DNA of 64,000 nucleotides from Roseococcus sp. Its GTDB lineage: Bacteria; Pseudomonadota; Alphaproteobacteria; Acetobacterales; Acetobacteraceae. Below are positions 45,911 to 53,458 of the stretch, one piece after another. Numbering within the stretch: position 1 is the stretch's first letter; each line of letters starts with the position of its first letter. Location: NCBI GenBank assembly GCA_019747315.1, contig JAIEQY010000227.1, positions 25,953-89,952 on the forward strand, read 5' to 3'. Both the position numbers and the translations under genes were made by a program. Below the pieces are notes generated by a model that had not been told where the DNA came from, did not search any database, and saw nothing but the letters and a program-made list of their open reading frames with translations.

Positions 45911-47467
45911 ATGAGCGAACGCATCCCCGCCGAGCTGACCGCCGAGATCGCCACCATCGCGCGCGACACGACGGCGCCGATCAACGGCTTCACCCTCACC
46001 AGCCGCGACGAAATCCTGACGCGGCGCGGCGGCGGCGAAGGCCTGAAGATCTATCAGGACCTGGCGCGCGATGGCCATGCGGGCTCGGTACTGCGCAAGC
46101 GCCGCCAGGCCGTGGTGGCGCGCGAATGGACGGTCGAGCCGGGCGGTGAGCGGCCGGAGGATCTGCTGGCCGCCGGCCTGATCCGCGCTGCCCTCGGCCG
46201 CATCCGGTTTGACCGCGCCTGCCAGGGCCTGTTGGGCGCGGTGCTGACCGGCATCGCCGTGGCTGAGGTGATGTGGGAGGCGGCGGATCTCGAAGTCACG
46301 CCGGAGGATGGCGCCGCCGACCAGCGCGCCGGCAGCGCCCGCCAGAGCCCGGCCACGCGCCGCAGCTGGATCGTCCCGGCCGATCTGCGCGTGCGCAACC
46401 CGCGCCGCTTCGTGTTCAGCAATGAGGGCGATCTGCGCCTGCTGACCTGGGAGGCGCCCATGGAGGGCATCGCCCTGCCGGAGCGCAAGTTCATCCTCGC
46501 CCGCTTCTGGGCAGAAGAGAATGAGGACCCCTATGGCCGTGGCCTGGGGCATGACCTCTTCTGGCCGGTCTTCTTCAAGCGCAATGGCATCGCGCTGTGG
46601 AACGCCCTGCTGGAGCGATGGGGCCAACCCTTCGTCTATGCCGAATACCCGCCCGGCACGCCCGTGCCCGAGCGCCAGGCGCTGCTGAACGCGCTGGGCG
46701 AAATCGCCCGCGGCGCGGGCCTGGTGGTGCCGCAGGGCAGCCTCGTGAAGATGCTGGAGGCCGGGCAATCCGGCAGCGCCACCGGCAACCCGCAGGCCAA
46801 GCTGGTCGAGGTGATGAACGCCGAAATCAGCAAGATCGTCCTGGGTGAGACGATGACGACCGAGCAGGGGGCCAACGGCGCACGTTCCCTCGGCGAGGTG
46901 CATGACGAGGTCCGGCAGGAGGTGGCCGATGCCGATGCGGATCTCCTCTCGGCCGAGCTGGCGCCGCTGCTGGAATGGATCACGCAGATCAACTTGCCGG
47001 GTGCCGCCACGCCCAAGCTCTGGCGCCGCAAGCCGGAGGAGCCGGATCTGGCGGCCCGAGCCAAGCTGGATGAGAGCCTGTTCAAGGTGGGTTACGAGCC
47101 CACTGAGAGCTACGTGACGGAGACCTATGGCCCGGGCTATCGGCGCATTGCTCGCACGGTCCCCGGTGCGCCTGACGGCATCCCGCCCGCCGAATTCGCC
47201 GCCGGTGACGGCACACCCGAAGCGCCGGAGCGCATCGCCGCCATGCTGGCGCGCGAGGCCGAGGGCAGCCAGCAGGCCATGCTCGCCGCCGTCCAGGCCG
47301 AGGTGAATGCCGCGAGCAGCTTCGAGGATCTGGACGAGCGGCTGCTGCGCCTCTCGGCCGTCATGCCCATCGGCCCCCTGGCGCAGGCCATGGCCCAGGC
47401 GATGGCGCTGGCAGGCCTCGCCGGCCAGGCCGATGTGCAGGATCAGGCCGATGCCGCCAAGGCGTGA
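45911..47467 (+). CDS. Portal protein (DUF935, Mu gp29-like)
   Basis: D.H..SVL.KRR.AV, PYGRGL, EISKIVLG.T.TT, LGEVH.EVR. Confidence 0.95.
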   Translation: MSERIPAELTAEIATIARDTTAPINGFTLTSRDEILTRRGGGEGLKIYQDLARDGHAGSVLRKRRQAVVAREWTVEPGGERPEDLLAAGLIRAALGRIRFDRACQGLLGAVLTGIAVAEVMWEAADLEVTPEDGAADQRAGSARQSPATRRSWIVPADLRVRNPRRFVFSNEGDLRLLTWEAPMEGIALPERKFILARFWAEENEDPYGRGLGHDLFWPVFFKRNGIALWNALLERWGQPFVYAEYPPGTPVPERQALLNALGEIARGAGLVVPQGSLVKMLEAGQSGSATGNPQAKLVEVMNAEISKIVLGETMTTEQGANGARSLGEVHDEVRQEVADADADLLSAELAPLLEWITQINLPGAATPKLWRRKPEEPDLAARAKLDESLFKVGYEPTESYVTETYGPGYRRIARTVPGAPDGIPPAEFAAGDGTPEAPERIAAMLAREAEGSQQAMLAAVQAEVNAASSFEDLDERLLRLSAVMPIGPLAQAMAQAMALAGLAGQADVQDQADAAKA

Positions 47468-47471
47468 AGCG

Positions 47472-47573
47472 GAAGCCTCGCAGAAGCCCAAGGGCGGCTT
47501 TTCGGCGCCCGGGGCCATGCCGATACGCGATGGCGTGCCCATCGGCTTCTTAGTGGCTTCTTATCGGCTCTTT
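47472..47573. other. Candidate central strong gyrase site
   Basis: Non-coding gap in the late operon; GAAGCC at 47472/47483 mirrored by GGCTTC at 47544/47555 (11-bp period). Confidence 0.5.
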
Positions 47574-47587
47574 CAGGCGGCCTCGTC

Positions 47588-48889
47588 GTGACCACCACAT
47601 CTGCCGAAGCCTTCGACATGCCGATGCGCGAGGCGGTGGCCTATCTCGCGCAAAAGGTCCGCACGCCCACCCGCCGCTGGACCGATCTGGAAGGCCCCGC
47701 CCACACCCGCGCCTTCGCGGTGGCGGGCGTGCAGGCCGATGACCTGCTGGCCGGTATCAAGGCCGGGCTGATGAAGGCGGTGGCCGAGGGCACGACGCTG
47801 CAGGAGTTCCGGCGTGACCTGGAGCCGATGATGGAGCGGCTGGGCTGGCGGGCCAAGGGCCGCGCCTATGAGGCCTGGCGCACGCGCCTCGTCTACCAGG
47901 CCAACCTCAACACCGCCTATGCCGCCGGGCGCTATGCCCAGATGACCGATCCGGACACGCTGGAAGCGCTGCCCTTCTGGATCTACCGCCATTCCCGCAA
48001 GCGCGACCCGCGGCCCCAGCATGTGCTGTGGGATGGCAAGGTGCTGGCCGCCAGCGACGCGTGGTGGAAGACGCATTACCCGCCGAATGGCTGGGGTTGC
48101 GGCTGCTGGGCCGAGGCGATCTCCCGCCGCGATTTGCGCCAGATGGCCAAGAATGGGCCGGATGCGGCGCCGCAGGATGGCACGCGCCCCTGGCGGGATC
48201 CGGTGACGGACCAGGTGGTGCAGGTGCCCAAAGGCATTGACCCCGGCTGGCAGCACAATCACGGCGAGGGCTGGCTGCGTGGCGTGGTGCCGCCCGAGCT
48301 GCGCGAGCCCCTGGCGCCCTATGCCGGGAACGGCTTGCGCCCCAGCGGGCAGCGCCCGCCCAACCTACCGCCCTTGTCGCCGGCGCGAGCCGCCGATGCA
48401 CCGGGCTTGCTGCCCGCAGGGCGCGACCCCGCCTTCTATGCCGAGCAGTTCCTGGAAGTCTTCGGCGCCACCCTGGAGCGGCCGCGCGTAATCCGCGACG
48501 CGGCCGGGGCGCGCCTGGTGATCTCTCGGGAGTTGTTCGAGGACGTGCAGGGCCGATGGAAGCCGGACGCCTCGGCGCGCGGGCCCTTCATGCTGCGGCT
48601 GGCGGAGGCGCTGCGCGACCCCGACGAGATCTGGGCGGATTGGGCAGAGACGGAGGCGGGCGGCGTCCATGTTCGTCGCCGCTATCTGCGCCGCTTCGCG
48701 GAGGATGGGCGCAATGGCCTGGCGGTGTTCGAATGGACCAGCAAGGGCTGGTTCGGCGCCACCGTGATGCTGGCCCGGAAGGAGGACTACCTGGAGAAGC
48801 AGCGCAGCGGGGCGTTGCTTTACCAGCGGCAAGCTCAAGGAGAGGGTGGGGCGCCTCCGCCAACCAGGGCGCCCGGCGCCGACGCATGA
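47588..48889 (+). CDS. MuF minor head protein with C-terminal PBECR2-like nuclease domain
   Basis: H.RAF.VAG, N..TAYAAGR, RP.H..WDG, YPPNGWGC.C; C-terminal LAEAL.DPDEIW...RRRYL...W.G.T...YLE.QR.G.LLY.R. Confidence 0.88.
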   Translation: MTTTSAEAFDMPMREAVAYLAQKVRTPTRRWTDLEGPAHTRAFAVAGVQADDLLAGIKAGLMKAVAEGTTLQEFRRDLEPMMERLGWRAKGRAYEAWRTRLVYQANLNTAYAAGRYAQMTDPDTLEALPFWIYRHSRKRDPRPQHVLWDGKVLAASDAWWKTHYPPNGWGCGCWAEAISRRDLRQMAKNGPDAAPQDGTRPWRDPVTDQVVQVPKGIDPGWQHNHGEGWLRGVVPPELREPLAPYAGNGLRPSGQRPPNLPPLSPARAADAPGLLPAGRDPAFYAEQFLEVFGATLERPRVIRDAAGARLVISRELFEDVQGRWKPDASARGPFMLRLAEALRDPDEIWADWAETEAGGVHVRRRYLRRFAEDGRNGLAVFEWTSKGWFGATVMLARKEDYLEKQRSGALLYQRQAQGEGGAPPPTRAPGADA

Positions 48890-48928
48890 TGACGAGGAAC
48901 GGCCTCCCTGCCATCGGTCACCGTAGAG
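48835..48928 (-). ncRNA. Candidate structured antisense RNA at the 3' end of the MuF-nuclease gene
   Basis: Two stem-loops (48875-48922, 48849-48874); upstream TTGATC-N18-TATCAG on minus strand. Confidence 0.4.
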
Positions 48929-48974
48929 CCATCCTGATACCCCAAGCGTCCCCTGGCGATCAAGGAGAACCCGC

Positions 48975-49427
48975 ATGACCGGCGTGCGCATCACGGTGAA
49001 TGACCGCGAGCTGCGCCAGGTGCTGCGCCGCCTGGCGCGCCTGGGCGGGGAGCCGGGGCGGTTCCTCAAGCCCATCGGCCAGCAGCTGATCAATTCGACG
49101 CGGGAGCGCGCGCGGCGAGAGGTCTCCCCCGATTTCTCCCCCTGGCCCGAGCTGACACCCGCTTATGCCGCGCAGAAGCGCGGCGGCCACATGCTGCGCG
49201 AGAGCGGCAACCTGCTGGGCAGCCTGACGCGGGAGGTGGAGGGCAACACGCTCCGCGTCGGCACCAACCGCATCTATGCCGCCATCCACCAGTTCGGCGG
49301 CCAGGCCGGCCGGGGCCGCAAGGTCACCATGCCCGCACGGCCCTGGCTTGGCGTCTCCCGCGATGACATCACGATGATCCGCGAGGAGTTCGAGGAGTTC
49401 GCGGCGCGCGCCACCCGGCGCGGCTGA
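48975..49427 (+). CDS. Virion morphogenesis protein (Mu gpG)
   Basis: W..L.P, L..SG.L..SL, VGTN.IYAAIHQFGG, PARP.LG. Confidence 0.92.
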   Translation: MTGVRITVNDRELRQVLRRLARLGGEPGRFLKPIGQQLINSTRERARREVSPDFSPWPELTPAYAAQKRGGHMLRESGNLLGSLTREVEGNTLRVGTNRIYAAIHQFGGQAGRGRKVTMPARPWLGVSRDDITMIREEFEEFAARATRRG

Positions 49428-49433
49428 CCTCTC

Positions 49434-49486
49434 GCCTGCGACAGCAGGCATGAACACCCACCCCGCGCGCGTGCGAAGCCTGCCGC
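49434..49486 (+). promoter_or_regulatory. Late promoter 2 (head operon)
   Basis: GCCTGC-GACA-GCAGGC-ATGAACA; second copy of the 42077 motif. Confidence 0.8.
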
Positions 49487-50644
49487 ATGCAGCGTCTCCA
49501 TATCTTCCGCGCCGGTTCCCACTCGCCCATGCAGGGCGGCGTGCTGGAATTCGCGGCGAGTGACCTGGCCGCCACCGCCGCCGCCTATGACCCCGCGCGC
49601 CATGAGGCGCCGATTGTGGTGGGCCACCCGAAGCTGAACGCGCCCGCTTATGGTTGGGTGGCGTCCCTCTCGGCCGAGGGCGATGACCTGGTGGCCACGC
49701 CGCGCCAGGTGGATGCCGATTTCGCGGCCATGGTGAAGGCCGGCCGCTTCAAGAAGATCTCCGCCAGCTTCTTCTCGCCCAGTGCGCGCGACAACCCGAC
49801 GCCCGGCGTCTGGTCGCTGCGGCATGTCGGCTTCCTGGGCGCCGCCCCGCCCGCCGTGCAGGGCCTGCGCGAAGTGGCCTTTGCCGCGGATGCCGAGGGC
49901 GTCACCACCATCGAATTCGCCGCCCCCTCCGCCTCCATGCTCGGCTGGATGATGGGCGATGTGGCGAGCCTGTTCCGGGGCATCCGGGACCGTTTCATCG
50001 CCGATGTGGGTGCCGCCGAAGCGGACCGCCTGCTGCCCGGCTCCACCGTCCAGCGCATCGCGGAGGAGGCCGCGCGGATGCAGGCCATGCCGCAGGAAGC
50101 CCAACCCGCACCCGCATTCGCCCAACCCCTCCCGGAGGAACCGAACTTGCCTGACACTGACGCCGCTGCCCGCGAGGCAGCTATCACCGCGCGCGAGGCC
50201 GAACTGGCTGCGCGCGAAGCCCGCCTGGCGGAGGCGGCCACCCAGCGCCGCACCGCCGATGCGGCCGATTTCGCCCAGCGCCTGGTGCGTGAGGCGCGTC
50301 TGCCCCAGGGGCAGGCGCCCCGCGCCGCCGCGCTGCTGGCCAGCCTGCCCGATGAGGGTGTGGTGAGTTTCGCCGCGCCCACCGATGGCGCGGCCCCCAT
50401 CCAGGAGGCGCCGGCCGCCGCCCTGCGCGCGCTGCTCGCGGCCCTGCCGCCCGCGGTCAGCTTCGGCGCGTTGAACCAGCCCGGCCCGGGCGTGGAGACG
50501 CCCGTGGATGCTGCCGAGTTCGCCGGCATGCGTGTGGACCCGGACCGCTTCGCGCTGCACCGCCGCGCGCTGGCCCATCAGGCCGCCCATCCGGGCACCG
50601 ACTACCTCACCGCCGCCCGCGCCGTCGAAGGAGCTGCCGCATGA
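49487..50644 (+). CDS. Prohead protease/scaffold (Mu gpI-like)
   Basis: IFRAG.H, YDP..HEAP.V.GHP, PAYGWV, FKK.SASF, LRHVGFLGA.PPAV.GL. Confidence 0.92.
   Translation: MQRLHIFRAGSHSPMQGGVLEFAASDLAATAAAYDPARHEAPIVVGHPKLNAPAYGWVASLSAEGDDLVATPRQVDADFAAMVKAGRFKKISASFFSPSARDNPTPGVWSLRHVGFLGAAPPAVQGLREVAFAADAEGVTTIEFAAPSASMLGWMMGDVASLFRGIRDRFIADVGAAEADRLLPGSTVQRIAEEAARMQAMPQEAQPAPAFAQPLPEEPNLPDTDAAAREAAITAREAELAAREARLAEAATQRRTADAADFAQRLVREARLPQGQAPRAAALLASLPDEGVVSFAAPTDGAAPIQEAPAAALRALLAALPPAVSFGALNQPGPGVETPVDAAEFAGMRVDPDRFALHRRALAHQAAHPGTDYLTAARAVEGAAA
50147..50644 (+). CDS. Nested scaffold protein (gpZ-like), internal in-frame start
   Basis: GGAGG at 50134-50138 before in-frame TTG 50147, followed by a coiled coil. 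Confidence 0.55.
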   Translation: MPDTDAAAREAAITAREAELAAREARLAEAATQRRTADAADFAQRLVREARLPQGQAPRAAALLASLPDEGVVSFAAPTDGAAPIQEAPAAALRALLAALPPAVSFGALNQPGPGVETPVDAAEFAGMRVDPDRFALHRRALAHQAAHPGTDYLTAARAVEGAAA

Positions 50645-51060
50645 GCCAGAGTTATGACCTCCTCACCCTGCGTGGGCTTTCCGCCGGCGCCATCGCGCGC
50701 GGGCGCGGCGTGACCTTCGCCGATGCCCAGGCGGCTGCCGCCGGCGCCAAGATCAAGGGCATCGCCAACCATGCCACCACGGCGGCGGGCCAGGACGTGG
50801 CGATCACGTGCTCCGGCACCGCCATTGTCGAGGCCGGCGCCGCCATCACCGTGGGCGCTTCGCTCACCATGGATGCCCAGGGCCGTGCCGTGCCGGCCGT
50901 GGCGCTGGCCGTCGCCTCCGGCGCCACCGCCATGACCTCCGCCGCCGCCAATGGCGTGACGGCGCTGGTGGGCGGCGATGCGCCGCAATTCGTGTTCGGT
51001 GATGCGCTGCAGGCGGCCGCCGCCGCCGGCGTCTTCATCGAAGTCCTGCTGCGTCGCTGA
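50641..51060 (+). CDS. Capsid cement/decoration protein (DUF2190-like)
   Basis: G...VEAGAAI..G..L..DA.GRAV, AL.AA.AAG..IEVLL. Confidence 0.8.
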   Translation: MSQSYDLLTLRGLSAGAIARGRGVTFADAQAAAAGAKIKGIANHATTAAGQDVAITCSGTAIVEAGAAITVGASLTMDAQGRAVPAVALAVASGATAMTSAAANGVTALVGGDAPQFVFGDALQAAAAAGVFIEVLLRR

Positions 51061-51074
51061 AGGAGCGCTGAGCC

Positions 51075-52007
51075 ATGTCCATGTCCCTTGCCCAGGTGCG
51101 CGTCGTTGACCCGGTGCTCACCAATGTCGTCCGCGGCTTCCGCCAGCAGAACCTGGTGGGCGACGTGCTCTTCCCGCGCGTCAACGTGCCCATCTCCGGC
51201 GGCCAGGTGATCGAGTTCGGGAAGGAGGCCTTCCGTCTCTACGACGCCCGCCGCACGCCCGGCGCCAACACCAAGCGCATCCAATCCGGCCATCTCGGCC
51301 GGCCCTATGCCCTGGTCCAAGACAGCCTGGAGGCGAAGGTGCCGCGCGAATGGATGCGCGATGCCCGCGTCTCCCCCGGCGTGGATCTCGGCACGCGCGC
51401 CACCAATGTCGTCATGTCCGCGCTCTCCCTCATCCTGGAGAATGAGCAGGCGGTGGCGGCCCGCACCCTGGCCAACTACCCGTCCACCAACCGCGTGACG
51501 CTGGCCGGCGGCTCGCGCTGGAGCGATGCGGCGGTAAACCCCACAACGACGGCCGAGACGGCGCGCGAGGCGATCCGCACCGCCGTCGGCATGTACCCGA
51601 ACGTGGCCGTGCTGTCGGCGCGCGCCTTCTCGGCCGCGCGGAACAACCCCTTCATCCTGGACCGCTTCCGCTACACCAGCGCGCAGTCCGTCACGGCCGA
51701 CATGCTGGCCCAGCTCTGGGGCCTGGAGCGTGTGGCGGTGGGTGCGGCCGTCTCGGCCTCCGGCGCCAATGACGACTTCGGCGATGTCTGGGGCACGGAC
51801 GCCGTCTTCGCCTATTCGCCCCAGGCCAGCGTGGGCGCCGAGCAGCCGAGCTTCGGCTACACCTACATGATGGAGGGCCACCCGCTGGTGGAGCCCGCCT
51901 ATTGGGACAGCAACGCGAAGTCCTGGATGTACCCGGTGACCTTCGAGCGCGTGCCCGTCATCGCCGGTGGCGGTGCCGGCTACCTCGTTCAGACGGCGGC
52001 CGCGTGA
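51075..52007 (+). CDS. Major capsid protein
   Basis: DPVLT...RG, LFP.V.V, FGKE.F, D.WG, PSFGYTY; position after protease and cement genes. Confidence 0.88.
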   Translation: MSMSLAQVRVVDPVLTNVVRGFRQQNLVGDVLFPRVNVPISGGQVIEFGKEAFRLYDARRTPGANTKRIQSGHLGRPYALVQDSLEAKVPREWMRDARVSPGVDLGTRATNVVMSALSLILENEQAVAARTLANYPSTNRVTLAGGSRWSDAAVNPTTTAETAREAIRTAVGMYPNVAVLSARAFSAARNNPFILDRFRYTSAQSVTADMLAQLWGLERVAVGAAVSASGANDDFGDVWGTDAVFAYSPQASVGAEQPSFGYTYMMEGHPLVEPAYWDSNAKSWMYPVTFERVPVIAGGGAGYLVQTAAA

Positions 52008-52201
52008 TGGATGAGCTGACCGTCCGGGTGAAGAGCCCGCTGATGATCTACGGGGAACGCCACGAGATCGGCGCCTTCGTCCAGCTGCCAGAAGACCAGG
52101 CGGAGGAGCTGGTGGCCCTCGGCGTGGTCGAAGTGATGCCGGAGGCGCCCGCCGCCGAAGGTGGCAAGAAGAAGTCGGCCCAGGAAAAGGCTGGCAAGTG
52201 A
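52007..52201 (+). CDS. Small head-associated protein
   Basis: V.SPL...G.....G..V.L....A..L...GVV; coupled to capsid gene. Confidence 0.65.
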   Translation: MDELTVRVKSPLMIYGERHEIGAFVQLPEDQAEELVALGVVEVMPEAPAAEGGKKKSAQEKAGK

Positions 52202-52668
52202 CCACCTACGCCACCCAGGCCGACCTGAGCGAGCGCTACGGTATCGAGGAGCTGATGCAGCTCGCCTCAATGCCGGGCGGCGCCACGCTGAACCAGGCCA
52301 AGGTGGCGCGCGCCTGCGCAGATGCGGGCGACATGGCGGATGGCTATCTGCGCGGCCGGCATGCCCTGCCGCTGACAGCCGTCCCGCCCCTGCTCAAGCG
52401 CCTGACGGCTGCCATCGCCCGGTATGAGCTGCACCTGGGCGGGGACCGGCTGCCGACCGAACAGGTGACGAAGGATCGCGACGCCGCCATCGCCTTCCTG
52501 AAGGACGTGCAGGCCGGCCGCGCCGATCTCGGCATTGACGCCCAGGGCGCTGAACCGGCCGAGGACGCCTCCGGCACCATCCTTTCCCGCCCAGGCATCG
52601 CCGCTTTCGGCGATGACGAGTTCGAGGACTACCGGAGGCCCCATCTTGGAGGATACCGCCGGTGGTGA
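52198..52668 (+). CDS. Head-tail adaptor (Mu gp36, DUF1320)
   Basis: YAT..DL..RYG..EL, DGYL.GR..LPL..VP..L, IARY.L. Confidence 0.9.
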   Translation: MTTYATQADLSERYGIEELMQLASMPGGATLNQAKVARACADAGDMADGYLRGRHALPLTAVPPLLKRLTAAIARYELHLGGDRLPTEQVTKDRDAAIAFLKDVQAGRADLGIDAQGAEPAEDASGTILSRPGIAAFGDDEFEDYRRPHLGGYRRW

Positions 52669-53246
52669 TCGCGGCGGTCGAGGATCAGATCATTGCGCAG
52701 CTTCGCGCCACCTTTGGCCCCACGCTGCGCGAGGTGGACCACAAGCCCGCCAAGCTGGATGCGGATGAGCTGGCGCGCGTGCTGAGCCTGGCACCTGCCG
52801 CCTATGTCAGCTTCCTGGGCTTCCGCGCAGGGGAGAAGCTGCCCGAGCGGACGATGGAGGCCGCCTATGGCGTGTACCTGGTGGCGCAGAATGCCGCCGG
52901 CGAGCCGGCCCGCCGCCGTGGTGATACCCGGCTGATCGGCGCCTATGAGATGGCCGAACTGGCTTTCGTGGCGCTGGATGGCTGGGCCCCGACCTCGGCC
53001 GCCAGCACCATCGCGGTGCAGAGCTGCGAGAACCTGTTCGCCGCCGCCTTCGAGAAGGCCGGCCGCAGCTGCTACGGCCTGGTGCTTTCCGTGCCCATCG
53101 AGATGCAGCCCGAGCTGGGCGCCGGAATGGGCAACTTCATCACCTTCGACGCGAGCTGGGACATTCCGCCGCTCGGCAACGCCTCCCGCCCGCCGCCTTC
53201 CGCCATCCGTGACGCGGGTGACCGCGTGACGCTGCCCGCACCCTGA
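52662..53246 (+). CDS. Mu gp37-like (DUF1834) tail completion protein
   Basis: I...ED.II..L, PA.YV.F.G, RRGD...IGAY. Confidence 0.8.
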   Translation: MVIAAVEDQIIAQLRATFGPTLREVDHKPAKLDADELARVLSLAPAAYVSFLGFRAGEKLPERTMEAAYGVYLVAQNAAGEPARRRGDTRLIGAYEMAELAFVALDGWAPTSAASTIAVQSCENLFAAAFEKAGRSCYGLVLSVPIEMQPELGAGMGNFITFDASWDIPPLGNASRPPPSAIRDAGDRVTLPAP

Positions 53247-53257
53247 GAGGTCCGTCC

Positions 53258-53452
53258 ATGAACACGCTTCACGTCATCCCGGCCCCGGGCCTGCTGATCC
53301 CGATGCCCGATGTGCCCGCCGGTGCTGGGCGCCATCTGCCGGCCGAGGGCGCCGTGGTGAATGACACCGCTTTCTGGCGCCGCCGCCTCGCCGATGGCGA
53401 GGTGACGCTGGCGCCTGAAGCGCCCCCTAAGACCTCCAAAAGCAAGGATTAA
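53258..53452 (+). CDS. Mu gp38-like (DUF2635) protein
   Basis: PAPGL.I..P, LP.EG..V....FW.RRL.DG.V. Confidence 0.85.
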   Translation: MNTLHVIPAPGLLIPMPDVPAGAGRHLPAEGAVVNDTAFWRRRLADGEVTLAPEAPPKTSKSKD

Positions 53453-53458
53453 GCGGCC

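Noticed and set aside
48886-48910. TGATGA followed by a hairpin, considered as a hammerhead ribozyme
   Set aside because: Lacks the C of CUGAUGA and the GAAA core.
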